From contig JAZKFH010000017.1 of assembly GCA_040386535.1 (NCBI GenBank), positions 73,113-137,112 on the forward strand: 64,000 nucleotides of DNA. Direction: 5' to 3'. Numbering within the stretch: the first letter of the stretch is position 1; each line of letters starts with the position of its first letter. Below, piece by piece: positions 9,021-18,956 of the stretch. Below the pieces are notes generated by a model. That model was not told the DNA's origin, made no database searches, and was given only the letters and a program-made list of their open reading frames with translations. The DNA comes from Myxococcota bacterium (lineage in GTDB: Bacteria; Myxococcota_A; UBA796; SXON01). A program made the translations under genes and the position numbers.

Positions 9021-9899
9021 CTACCCGAGGTAGTCGAGCAGCGACTTGGTGGTCGTGGAGGCCGCGATCTGGAGCGTCGATTCGTAGGCGCTCTTGAGCT
9101 CGGTCAGCCGCGTGTAGGTCTCGATGGGATCGGCGCCCACCAGCGCGTCGAGGCGCTCGGCGAACAACACGCCCATCGCGTCGGACACGGCGGAGGCGTC
9201 CTCCGCGATCTGTGTCTCGACGCCGATCTGCGCGCGGGCGTCGCTCACGGCCTGGATGGCGCCGTCGACGTTGTCGAGCGAGGTGCCGACGCCCGTGGCG
9301 TCGTTCGATTCGAGCGCGGTGGCGAGGCCTTCGAGCGCGCCGAAGACGTCGGCGGATCCGTTGAGGATCCCGGAGCCGTCGAAGCCGCCGGACACCCAGC
9401 GATCCTCGGCAACGCGCACCTCGGACGGCGCGGTGCCACCCGAATACGTGCCATCGGCGGCGAAGGGTTGGGTGTCCCAATTCCGGCCGGCGAACACGAA
9501 GCGGTCGCCGAATTGGGTGTTGGCGGCGGCGCGCAACGTCTCCTGCAGGCCGCGCACCTCGATCGCGGCGGCGGCGCGGGCCTCGGCGTCGACCGTGTCA
9601 CCCGCCATCGCGACGGCGAGCTCCTTGGCGCGCACGAGCACGTCGGCCACGCTGGAGAGCGCGGCGTCGGCGGTGGTCTGGAGGCTCATCGAGGCGGAGG
9701 CGTTCTTGCTCCACACGTCCTGATCGGCGGCCGCGGAGGCCATCTTCTGGGCGGCCCCGTACGCGACGGGATCGTCGGACGCGGATTGGACTGCGAGGCC
9801 GGTGACCGCGCGCGACTGCATCTCCGCCAACGCCGCGCCCTGCCGGGCCGACTGCGTGCGGACCAGATCGAACAACGAGGCGCGCGGGACGCGGATCAT
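9021..9899 (-). CDS. flgL: hook-filament junction protein FlgL
   Basis: SASDDPVA, ANTQFGDRFVFAG, KSLLDYLG. Confidence 0.93.
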   Translation of the reverse strand: MIRVPRASLFDLVRTQSARQGAALAEMQSRAVTGLAVQSASDDPVAYGAAQKMASAAADQDVWSKNASASMSLQTTADAALSSVADVLVRAKELAVAMAGDTVDAEARAAAAIEVRGLQETLRAAANTQFGDRFVFAGRNWDTQPFAADGTYSGGTAPSEVRVAEDRWVSGGFDGSGILNGSADVFGALEGLATALESNDATGVGTSLDNVDGAIQAVSDARAQIGVETQIAEDASAVSDAMGVLFAERLDALVGADPIETYTRLTELKSAYESTLQIAASTTTKSLLDYLG

Positions 9900-11269
9900 C
9901 AGGAGCCCACGGCGAGGAGGGTGCGGAGCATCTCGTCGCCCACCGACAACACGCGGGCCGCGGCGCGGTAGGCGGTCTGGAACTCGATGAGCTTGATGGC
10001 CTCCTCGTCGGTGTCGACGGAGGCGAGCGAGTCGCGCATGGCGTCGACGTCGGCGAGCTGCTCGTCGAGGGTGGTCGCGTCGGTCTCGGCGGTCGACACG
10101 TCCGAGCCCACCTGGCTCGAGAGCGCCGCGAGGGCGGAGGCGGCGGTGCGTGTGCCTCCGTCGTAGAGGGCCGCGGACTCCATGGCCAGGAACGCGACGA
10201 GGTTGTCGCCGTCGCCCGGCGAGGCGGTCGCGGCGCCGGCGAGGGCCAGGGCGTCGGGATCGGCGAGGGCCGCGGACACGCCGAACGAGGCGGCGGGGTC
10301 GGCGGCGGTGAAGGTGAACACGTCGCCGCCCGGGTTGCCGGCGCGGTCGAAGCCGGCGGCGTGTTGGGCGTTGACCGTGCTGGCGAGGGTCGTGGCGAAC
10401 TCGTCGAGGTCGGCCAGCCAGCCCTCGACCGTCGCGCGGGCCGAGAGCGCCCCGCCGATGGCACCGCCCGCCTCGCTGGTGACGCGCAAGGCGCCGGAGC
10501 CCGCGGACACGAGCAGCTCGGGGGTGGCGCCGCTGGTGTCGAGGCGCAGCGTGCGTGCTTCGTTGCCGCTCACGACGGCGTGGCCGCCCACGAGCACGGT
10601 GGCCTGGCCGTCGGCGTCGAAGTCGACGGTGGCGCCGACCTCCTCGCCGAGCTCGCGGACCAGCTGGTCGCGGCGATCGAGAAGGTCACCCGGGCCGAGG
10701 TCGGCGCCGAGGCGGCCGATGGCCTTGTTCAGCGAGGCGACCTCGCCCAGCTTCGCGTTGACGCCCTCGAGGCGCGACGCCATGGACGCGTCGAGGTCGT
10801 CGAGATCGCCCTGGAGGCCGTTGCCGATGCGCGCGATCGTGGCGGCCAACGTAGATGCGGCCGCGACGGTGGCGCGCCGACCGCCGGTGTCCGACGGATC
10901 GGTGGTGAGCGCGGAGAGGCTGTCGAAGAGCGCGTCGGTGGCGTCGGAGAGCGTGGTGCCGGCGTCGAAGTGGCCCTCGGCGTTCGCGAGGGCGGTGTGG
11001 ACGGCGGCGGCCTCGGACGCGGTGCCGGAGGCGGCCACGAGCCGCACGCCGAGGAGGCGGTCGGTGGCGCGGGCGATGCCGTTGATGGCCGGCCCGCCGC
11101 CCATGAACAGGCCGCGGCGCACCACCGGGTCGGTCGTGGTCTGCACCACCTTGCGGCGCGAGTACCCGATCGTGTTGACGTTCGAGATGTTCTGGCTCGT
11201 GACGTCGATGCCCGCGGAGGCGGCGGCGAGGCCGCGACGCCCCGTGGAGATGGCGTCCATGAGGCCCAT
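9899..11269 (-). CDS. flgK: hook-associated protein FlgK
   Basis: GLAAASAGIDVTSQNISNVNTIGYSRR, LLDRRDQL, VDTDEEAIKLIEFQTAYRAAARV. Confidence 0.95.
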   Translation of the reverse strand: MGLMDAISTGRRGLAAASAGIDVTSQNISNVNTIGYSRRKVVQTTTDPVVRRGLFMGGGPAINGIARATDRLLGVRLVAASGTASEAAAVHTALANAEGHFDAGTTLSDATDALFDSLSALTTDPSDTGGRRATVAAASTLAATIARIGNGLQGDLDDLDASMASRLEGVNAKLGEVASLNKAIGRLGADLGPGDLLDRRDQLVRELGEEVGATVDFDADGQATVLVGGHAVVSGNEARTLRLDTSGATPELLVSAGSGALRVTSEAGGAIGGALSARATVEGWLADLDEFATTLASTVNAQHAAGFDRAGNPGGDVFTFTAADPAASFGVSAALADPDALALAGAATASPGDGDNLVAFLAMESAALYDGGTRTAASALAALSSQVGSDVSTAETDATTLDEQLADVDAMRDSLASVDTDEEAIKLIEFQTAYRAAARVLSVGDEMLRTLLAVGS

Positions 11270-11583
11270 CAGACGCCCCGCATCTGGCCGCGGCGGCCGT
11301 AGGTGCGCGGGCCCGCGTCGGGGAGCACACGGTCGAGCACGTTGAGCACCGTGGCGCCGCACGCGTGCACGCGCACGTCGATCGCGCGGATGCGCTTCGC
11401 GACGCCGGCGGCGTGTTCGCGCGTGCCCGCGTCGAGGGCCGCGAGCGGCGTGCGGGAGAGCTCGACCTGGAGCTGGCGGCGCGCCTCGGTCGCGGCCACG
11501 AGGGCCGACGGATCGACACGGCGGGCCGCGTCGAGCTGGGCCTCCGCCGTCGCGAGCCAACGATCGAAGCGCTCCTTGGACAC
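11269..11583 (-). CDS. FlgN-like export chaperone
   Basis: Helical 104 aa between flgM and flgK with a C-terminal TYGRRG motif. Confidence 0.65.
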   Translation of the reverse strand: MSKERFDRWLATAEAQLDAARRVDPSALVAATEARRQLQVELSRTPLAALDAGTREHAAGVAKRIRAIDVRVHACGATVLNVLDRVLPDAGPRTYGRRGQMRGV

Positions 11584-11870
11584 TACAGCTGCCCGAGCAG
11601 CGCGTTGACGGCGCGATCGAGGTCCTCGGGGGTGCCGAGGCGGCCCTCGGCGATCTCGCGCCGCATGTCTTCGACCACGCCAGGACGGATGTCACCGTTC
11701 ACGCCGTGCGCGGCCGCCTGCTGACGGAGCGAAGAGACCATCGAGCCGGCCTGGGAGAAGCGGCTGGCGTCCGGGTCCGAACCAAACGGGGTCGGCCGGG
11801 ACTGGGACGACAGCGCGGGCCGCGGCATGTGCAGGACGGAGGCGGCGGGGAGGCGGGCGAGGACCTTCAT
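11583..11870 (-). CDS. flgM: anti-sigma28 factor FlgM
   Basis: DIRPGVVEDMRREIAEGRL resembles the FlgM C-terminal motif; canonical position. Confidence 0.8.
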   Translation of the reverse strand: MKVLARLPAASVLHMPRPALSSQSRPTPFGSDPDASRFSQAGSMVSSLRQQAAAHGVNGDIRPGVVEDMRREIAEGRLGTPEDLDRAVNALLGQL

Positions 11871-12631
11871 GGGGAGTGCTCCTTCGACGGGTCTCTGTCC
11901 GTACCGCGAGGCCCGGCGGCGCCAGAGCTTGTCAGCAGTTTCGTTACCTCTGGTGTCGGATCGACGTCGCGCCCCGCATTTCGCAACTCGAAGTGCACGT
12001 GCGGCCCGGTCGCGCGGCCGGTGGCCCCCACCGTGGCGATGACGCTGCCCTCGCGCACCACGTCGCCCTCGCGCACCTCGAGCGCGGCGCAGTGGGCGTA
12101 GCGGGTCTCCGTGCCGTCGCCGTGGTCGAGCACGACCACGTTGCCGTAGCCGCCACGGGTGCCCGCGAAGCGGACCAGTCCGTCGCGCGGCGCGTGCAGC
12201 GGCGTGCCGAGGGGCGCGGCGATGTCGATGCCGGCATGGTGACGCAGATCGCCGTCGATTGGATCGCGGCGGGTGCCATAGGCGCTGGTGACACGTCCCA
12301 ATTCGAGCATTGGATGGTGGTCCGCGGACGCGGCGTTGCGGTTCTGATCCGTCTCCGGGCCCCGCTGCCCCATCGCCTCGCGCAGCTCGTCCGCGAGCCC
12401 GATCCCAGGCCCCCCGGCGACGATCTTGCCAATCTCTTCCTCGAAGAAGCTCGAGAAGGTCTCGGCCCCCTCCCCCGACAACAGGCCCTTCCCGAGCGCC
12501 TCGTGCGCGAGAAAGCCCACGAACCAGGCCTCGAAGCCCTCGGCGGCCTTGTCGATGCTGGTGCGCTCGGGGGGCGGGGCGGCGACGTGCGAAGCCGGAG
12601 ACGCGATGCTGGCAGGGGTGTCGATCCGCAT
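11867..12631 (-). CDS. flgJ: FlgJ-like rod-binding domain fused to an M23 metallopeptidase
   Basis: N-terminal KAAEGFEAWFV...GIGLADEL; C-terminal HAGIDIAAP, GGYGNVV, YAHC, ATGPHVHFE. Confidence 0.82.
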   Translation of the reverse strand: MRIDTPASIASPASHVAAPPPERTSIDKAAEGFEAWFVGFLAHEALGKGLLSGEGAETFSSFFEEEIGKIVAGGPGIGLADELREAMGQRGPETDQNRNAASADHHPMLELGRVTSAYGTRRDPIDGDLRHHAGIDIAAPLGTPLHAPRDGLVRFAGTRGGYGNVVVLDHGDGTETRYAHCAALEVREGDVVREGSVIATVGATGRATGPHVHFELRNAGRDVDPTPEVTKLLTSSGAAGPRGTDRDPSKEHSP

Positions 12632-13714
12632 CTACATCGCCACGATCTCGGCCTGGAGGCCGCCGGCGGCGTGCATCGCCTGGAGGATCACGATGAGATC
12701 ACGCGGGGACACACCCATCCGATCGAGCGCGCCAACGACCTCGCCGACGGTCACGCCCTCGATCATCTCGATGCGGCCGGCCTTCTCGTCGACCGTCATC
12801 GTGTTGTTTGCGACCACCGCGGTCTGCCCGTTGGAGAGCGGCCCAGGTTGGCTGACCGAGGCCTGGTGGTCGACCTGGATGGTGAGGCCGCCGTGCGCGA
12901 CCGCGACCGGACGGACGGTGATGTCCGCGCCCATCACCACGGTGCCGGTGCGCTCGTTGACGACGACGCGCGCGGCCTGATCGATCACGACCTGCACGGA
13001 CTCGACCGCCGCGATGAGCTCGGCCTGGCGCCCGAGGTAGCCGTCCGGCACCGCCACGCGGATGGTGCCGCCGTCGATGGCGGCGGCGTACTCTCCGCCG
13101 AGCTTGCCGTTCACGGCCACCGCCACGCGGGTCGAGTTGGTGAAGTCGGGCGTGGCGAGCACCCAATCGAAGCTCACGGCCTGGCCCACGTCGAGCGTGT
13201 TGGGGATCTCCATCTCGACCGTGGCCCCGCTCGGCACGAGGCCGACCGTGGGGTGGTTCTTGGTCGCGGAGGAGCCGCCCGCGGACGCCGAGTAGCCGCC
13301 GACCACGATCGCGCCCTGCGCGGCCGCCATCGCCATCCCGTTGGCCGCGTAGAGCGGCGTGAGCAGCAGCACGCCGCCCTCGATGGAGCGCGCATCCCCC
13401 ACGCTGGAGACCTGCACGTCGAGCGGGCTGCCGGGGCGCACACCCGCGGGCAGGCGCGCCGTGACCATCACGACCGCGACGTTGCGGGCCTTGATGTCGT
13501 CCTCGAGCATCGTCATGCCGAGTCCCTTCAGCCGGTTGGCGAGCGCCCGCACGGCCGCGGCGTTCTGCGCCGAGTCGCCGGAGCGGTTGAGCCCCACGAC
13601 CAGCCCGTAGCCGACCAGCGGGTTCGTGCGCACGCCGTAGAGCGCCGCCACGTCCTTGACCCGCGCGGCTTCGGCCGGGGTCGCGAGGCAGAACAGGAGC
13701 GCCAGGAGGGTCAT
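12632..13714 (-). CDS. flgI: flagellar P-ring protein FlgI
   Basis: NPLVGYGLVVGLNRSGD, NVAVVMVTA, VVVNERTGTVV, ILQAMHAAGGLQAE. Confidence 0.97.
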   Translation of the reverse strand: MTLLALLFCLATPAEAARVKDVAALYGVRTNPLVGYGLVVGLNRSGDSAQNAAAVRALANRLKGLGMTMLEDDIKARNVAVVMVTARLPAGVRPGSPLDVQVSSVGDARSIEGGVLLLTPLYAANGMAMAAAQGAIVVGGYSASAGGSSATKNHPTVGLVPSGATVEMEIPNTLDVGQAVSFDWVLATPDFTNSTRVAVAVNGKLGGEYAAAIDGGTIRVAVPDGYLGRQAELIAAVESVQVVIDQAARVVVNERTGTVVMGADITVRPVAVAHGGLTIQVDHQASVSQPGPLSNGQTAVVANNTMTVDEKAGRIEMIEGVTVGEVVGALDRMGVSPRDLIVILQAMHAAGGLQAEIVAM

Positions 13715-13721
13715 GTCGCTT

Positions 13722-13748
13722 CTTTCGGACGCTCTCGTTGGGACTTGA
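13722..13748 (-). promoter_or_regulatory. sigma28-type promoter of the flgI operon, likely leaderless
   Basis: TCAAG-N14-TCCGAAAG ending 7 nt before the flgI ATG; no clear Shine-Dalgarno. Confidence 0.6.
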
Positions 13749-13824
13749 GGGGAAAGTTGTCGGGGGGCATGCGGGCGGGTGGGCGAGCGGCACCGTGCTA
13801 AACGGAGTGCCCTCGGGAGGCCGC

Positions 13825-14706
<882 letters not shown>

Positions 14707-14923
14707 GGGGCCGTCGGACGCCCGCGAACGCGGGTGGGCGGGTGAGCTCCGCGGCGGCATGGTCCCGACGTGGTCGCGGGATCGTCCCGGGTGATCGCCG
14801 ATGTTGGCCGCCACGCGGTCACGGAGGCGATCCACCGGTCGAAGGACCGTTGGGGAAAGGGGAACCCGGATGGCCGCCACGCTCTTCCTCGGTCGTTCGG
14901 CTTGGTTCCTGCGCCAAGGGCGC

Positions 14924-14964
14924 GGAGGGCAGCCGCCGCTGGCGGCTGGTCCGGCCGGGCGGAC
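14924..14964 (-). repeat. GC-rich intergenic repeat, family C
   Basis: The reverse complement GTCCGCCCGGCCGGACCAGCCGCCAGCGGCGGCTGCCCTCC resembles 46372-46428. Confidence 0.5.
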
Positions 14965-15312
14965 GGGAACTCTCAACAAGGGTCCCGATGCCACTTCGCC
15001 CGGCCGACCAAGCGGCTCCGCCGCGCGCCCGGAGCCGACCTGTCCCCCCCTCACGCCTCGCTTTGCGCTCGGCTCCGGGGGCGGGCTGCGGGGCCTACCC
15101 GGCTCGCCGCCGGGTGCGCTCGCAGTGCCGTACGATCCTCGGTCGCCCTGACGGGCAGCCGAGGCTTTCGCCCCCCTTCGGGTCGCGCCGGCCCCTCCGC
15201 GACGGCTGCGCCGTCCGTCCGCGCGGGGGCGCCCGCACGGCTACGCGGGTGCGGATGCCGAGGAGGTGGCACGGCGTCCCCCGACCGAACCCGTGACACG
15301 TTGCGCCCCTGT

Positions 15313-16149
15313 TCAGCGCCCGCCCCCTCGCCGTTTGCTCTCGGCCACTCGCCCGCCGGCGTGGGCACCGTCCGCCCCCCGACTGCGGCGGAGCAGCACC
15401 AGCGGCGCGAGGAGGAGCCCGAGGCCTCCCGTGAACGCCCCGCCCGTGGAGCAACCGCACGGCGGTACCTTCACGCAGTCCGGCGCGGACCAGTCCGTCG
15501 CGACGCCGACGCCGTCGATCTGGCGCACCTGGAGGCACACCTCGCCGGGGTCGTCGACGTCCGTCCATGTGAGCAAACGCGCGGCCGCTCCGGACGTGGG
15601 GGCGACGAATGCGTCGATGGCGAGGTCGCCGTTGGCGTCCTTGACCTGGAGGACCGAGAGGGCGTCGGGGTCGGTCGCCGGGGCCGCCTGGATGGTCACT
15701 TCGAGGGTCGAGGGCCACCCCCCACGCCACGGGGTGAACCGGGCGCTCTCGAGCGTCAGGGTGGGCGCGCCCGTGAGGCCCGCGACGGTGTGGGTGCCGG
15801 TGGTGAACCCGAAGCTCAGCGCCTCGCCGAGCTCGGGGACCAGGGCGAACGTGTAGGCGGTGTCGGGCTCCAACGGCGCGTCGGGGAACAGCTCCAGCAG
15901 ATGGGTCTGGCCGAGGGCGATGTCGTCGGCAGACGCGACGCCGACCTCGGCTCCGTCCGACACGCCGACCAGCGACGCCGACCAGGCGCCCGGCTGGCCG
16001 CACGTGCTGCCGAAGGTGATGGCGGGACGGAGGTCGACCGGCACGTCCTCCGCGCCGGGCGAAGGGACCATGCCGGTGACCCCGAGGCCCGCTCCGCAGA
16101 CGATGCCCCGGGTGTACGCGTGCGTGGTGGCGACGAAGTACAGGAACAT
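15313..16149 (-). CDS. surface protein with an Ig-like (Big_5/SbsA-like) domain and a MYXO-CTERM-like tail
   Basis: MVPSPGAEDVPVDLRPAITF; C-terminal CGCSTGG-AFTGGLGLLLAPLVLL-RRSR. Confidence 0.7.
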   Translation of the reverse strand: MFLYFVATTHAYTRGIVCGAGLGVTGMVPSPGAEDVPVDLRPAITFGSTCGQPGAWSASLVGVSDGAEVGVASADDIALGQTHLLELFPDAPLEPDTAYTFALVPELGEALSFGFTTGTHTVAGLTGAPTLTLESARFTPWRGGWPSTLEVTIQAAPATDPDALSVLQVKDANGDLAIDAFVAPTSGAAARLLTWTDVDDPGEVCLQVRQIDGVGVATDWSAPDCVKVPPCGCSTGGAFTGGLGLLLAPLVLLRRSRGADGAHAGGRVAESKRRGGGR

Positions 16150-16217
16150 CGTATCTCTCTGCCAGCTTAAGCGAGTTCGAACGAGACCGCCGCCTCCGCG
16201 GCTGGCTACGTGGGCGC

Positions 16218-16943
16218 ATGCCGCCGCTCCCGCCCGAGCTCGCGCCCTACGCGCCGCTCCTCCCCATCCTCGCCGCGATCGTGCTCCCCCCTGCCGGCGG
16301 CCTCGTCGTCGGCGGCGTGGTGCGGGGCCTCGGCCTCGACGACGTCGCGCTCCCCGGCCTGCCGCGGTTCCGCTGGTCGCTGGCGGCGGGCGCGTGGACG
16401 TTCCTGCTCGCGGTGTGCGCCGTGGTCGGCGTGTACGCCGGCGGGGCCCAGGACGTCGTCGACGACGCAGTGGAGTTGCTCGTGCGCGTCGGCGCCGCTG
16501 GCTGCTGTCTGTTCGTGGGGGCTTGGGCGTCGGTGGCCCGGGAGGGCGTGAGCGACCGTGAGAGTCGGCGCGGCGCCACGGCCGGGGTGACAAACCCGCT
16601 CCTCGGCCTGGCGATCGGCGGCGTGGCGGCGCTCGTGGTGCTCGTTGGAGCCGGCGGCGCCGTGCTCCTGGTGGGGGGCGTGCTCGTCGTGCTCGGGGTC
16701 GTGGCGCTCCACGGCGGCGAATTCGGCGAGGTGCTGCGCGACGCGCTCCGTGACATCGCCGCCGGAATCGAGCTGCGCGCGCGCGCAGCCCCGGGGACCG
16801 AGGTGCACGTGGACGGCCGTGTGTCCATGATCGCCGCGCGGTCGGGGCTCCTCAGTACGCGGCTCGGGGACGGGCAGGAGCGGAACAATCGGCACGTGCT
16901 CGCGGGGTTGGCCGTGCCAGTGGTCAAGGACGAGGTGGGCTGA
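16218..16943 (+). CDS. multi-pass membrane protein, MscS mechanosensitive-channel-like
   Basis: Several TM helices, then LRDALRDIAAGIELR..PGTEVHVDG..GLLSTRL, resembling MscS TM3 and the beta domain. Confidence 0.5.
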   Translation: MPPLPPELAPYAPLLPILAAIVLPPAGGLVVGGVVRGLGLDDVALPGLPRFRWSLAAGAWTFLLAVCAVVGVYAGGAQDVVDDAVELLVRVGAAGCCLFVGAWASVAREGVSDRESRRGATAGVTNPLLGLAIGGVAALVVLVGAGGAVLLVGGVLVVLGVVALHGGEFGEVLRDALRDIAAGIELRARAAPGTEVHVDGRVSMIAARSGLLSTRLGDGQERNNRHVLAGLAVPVVKDEVG

Positions 16944-16950
16944 GCTCCGG

Positions 16951-17000
16951 GGCCGCGGTCGGCGCCTCGCCGGGCACCGCGGCCCGCGTCGGTCGCCCAA
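16951..17000. repeat. REP-like stem-loop, family B copy 2
   Basis: Direct repeat of 932-980, starting 8 bp after the stop at 16943. Confidence 0.8.
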
Positions 17001-17144
17001 ACGGAAATCTCATGACGACGGCTGCGCCCGGGCCTTCGCGTGGCGGACCCTGCGGCGGCGGCGCGAGGGGCGGCGGCGGGAGGAGGCGGCGGCGGGAGGA
17101 GGCGGCGGCGCGAGCGGCGGCCCGAGCGGCGGCGGCGGCCCGAG

Positions 17145-17192
17145 CGGCCAAGAGTCGGGGGCCCTGCCGGTAGGGGGTGGCACTCTTGGCCG
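17145..17192. repeat. 48-bp palindromic element, family D copy 1
   Basis: CGGCCAAGAGT...CCCTGCCGGTAGGG...ACTCTTGGCCG. Confidence 0.8.
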
Positions 17193-17314
17193 GTTTTCTG
17201 TGATTGCGAAGGGGTCTGGCGCCCGCGTGGGACCCGCCGGGCGGCACGCCCGGGCAATTGCTGGCGTTCACCCGTTCGGGAGGCCGGACGGGAGGTGGAG
17301 ACCCTCTGCCCGAG

Positions 17315-17362
17315 CGGCCAAGAGTAGGGGGCCCTGCCGGCAGGGGGTGGCACTCTTGGCCG
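17315..17362. repeat. 48-bp palindromic element, family D copy 2
   Basis: CGGCCAAGAGT...CCCTGCCGGCAGGG...ACTCTTGGCCG; two substitutions relative to copy 1 and 170 bp downstream. Confidence 0.8.
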
Positions 17363-17475
17363 GTACGCAGCGCGAGGAGTTCCAGTGGAGAGGCGGAGGC
17401 TGGTGAGGGGTCCGCCACCGGCCCTGTTCCTCCAAATCGTAGGCGAACGCCGGGCGGCACCCGCCGCCGCGGATC

Positions 17476-17978
17476 TCAATCCGTCGGCGTCCGCTTCCGG
17501 TCGGCCGCCCGCTTTGCTTTCTTGGTGTCCTCGCTCCGGTCCGGCTGCGCATGGAATTCCACGCCGGGGAGCCCGTCCATGTCCGCGTCCGTCGTGACCA
17601 GCCGCGCACCGCAGAGCGTCGCGGTGGCGTAGATCAGTGCGTCGCAAGCCGCGAGCCCGTGCCGCACCGCAAACACGGCCGCCTCCAGCGCGAGAGGTCC
17701 GTCGGCGGGAACGCAAACGCCCCGACGGAGAAGTGCGGCGTAGGCGGCGGCTCGGTCCTCGTCCGTGTGGCGAAGCGCCCACCGGTGAACCTCGCGGCGT
17801 AGGCGGCGGCTCGGTCCTCGTCCGTGTGGCGAAGCGCCCACCGGTAAACCTCGAACTCGACAACCGCAGGCACGATCACGTCCTCCATCCGAGCGAGGTG
17901 GGGAGCGACAGCGTCCGCCAGCGGCTCGTCCGCGAACCAGGCGATCCAGGCACCCGTATCGAGCACGACCCGACTCAA
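17476..17978 (-). pseudogene. vapC: VapC/PIN toxin frameshifted by an internal 59-bp tandem duplication
   Basis: The N-half (TTG)SRVVLDTGAWIAWF...VVEFEVYRW and the C-half ...HGLAACDALIYATA...LVTTD are in different frames. Removing one repeat unit restores a 147-aa ORF. Confidence 0.85.
17735..17852. repeat. 59-bp tandem duplication (2 copies, 1 mismatch)
   Basis: 17735-17793 and 17794-17852: GCGGCGTAGG...CCACCGGT(G/A)AACCTC. Confidence 0.92.
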
Positions 17979-18178
17979 CGCTCGTGGTCTCGGTAGTCGT
18001 CCGTGGGCGCACCGCGCGCAGTGCCGCGCAGATCCGCCGCGTCGACCACGGGGACGAGGAGCATCACGCGCCCTCGGGCAACGGCATCGAACTGCTGACC
18101 CGCCTTCCAACCGAGACGATCCCGCAGCTCCGCGGGGATCTGCACCGTGCCCTGCTCCGTCATTCGGACCGCGCGCAA
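17975..18178 (-). CDS. AbrB/MazE/SpoVT-family antitoxin
   Basis: (TTG)RAVRMTEQGTVQIPAELRDRLGWKAGQQF. A GAGGTG RBS and a TATGAT -10 lie upstream, and the stop overlaps the toxin start. Confidence 0.85.
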   Translation of the reverse strand: MRAVRMTEQGTVQIPAELRDRLGWKAGQQFDAVARGRVMLLVPVVDAADLRGTARGAPTDDYRDHER

Positions 18179-18227
18179 CGGAACACCTCGGAGAGGATCA
18201 TAGCCCCGGAGCCCCCTCCCGGCCCCC

Positions 18228-18956
18228 TCACCCCCCCGGCAACCGCTCCACCACGTCCGCCGCCGCACCCGACTCGTCCACGCGCACGCGCAGCGTCACG
18301 GTGCGCAGCTGCGGGTCGATCTCCGCGCCCACGGTGGCCGACGCGGTGACGTGATCGGTCGTGAGGCCGCGCTTGACGAGGTAGCGGGCCGTCGTGAGGG
18401 AGCGTGCGCTCGCGAGCTCCCAATTGTCCGCCCACTTGCCGCCGGGCGCCACGGGGGCCGCGTCGGCACGGCCGATCACCTCGATCGTGGCGGGGGCGCC
18501 CTGGAGGGCGCCTACGATCTGCGCGAGGACGGCGTAGGCGGTGGGGTGCAGCTCGGCGCTGCCGGGCGCGAAGAGGAGGCGCTCGGGCAAGACGAGGGTG
18601 AGCGTCTGCTCGTGCAGGCCAACCTGGACGACGTTGTCGGACAGGGAGCCGAGGAGGTTCTGCTTGATCGAGTAGAGCAGGGGCGAGGCCGCCTCCTGCG
18701 CGATCGTGGCGGGGGGGCGCTCGGGGAGGTCGGGCGGATCGGGGTCGGGGCTCATCACGTCCATCAGCGCGGTCGACATGCCGCCCTCGAACGCGGCGTT
18801 CATACCGGCGATGACCTCGACGAGCTTGGTCTGGTCGGTCTGGGCGGTGGCGTACAGCACGGTGAAGAAGGCGAAGAGCAACGTGATGAAGTCGGCGTAG
18901 GAGACCAGCCAACGCTCGTGGTTCTCGTGCTCCTCGTGCCGGACCTTGCGGCTCAT
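18228..18956 (-). CDS. motB: flagellar stator protein MotB
   Basis: HENHERWLVSYADFITLLFAFF, LLFAPGSAEL, NWELASAR. Confidence 0.93.
   Translation of the reverse strand: MSRKVRHEEHENHERWLVSYADFITLLFAFFTVLYATAQTDQTKLVEVIAGMNAAFEGGMSTALMDVMSPDPDPPDLPERPPATIAQEAASPLLYSIKQNLLGSLSDNVVQVGLHEQTLTLVLPERLLFAPGSAELHPTAYAVLAQIVGALQGAPATIEVIGRADAAPVAPGGKWADNWELASARSLTTARYLVKRGLTTDHVTASATVGAEIDPQLRTVTLRVRVDESGAAADVVERLPGG

Noticed and set aside
17145..17362. Two 48-bp palindromic repeats as a mini CRISPR array
   Set aside because: Only two copies, a 122-bp gap and no cas genes in the window.
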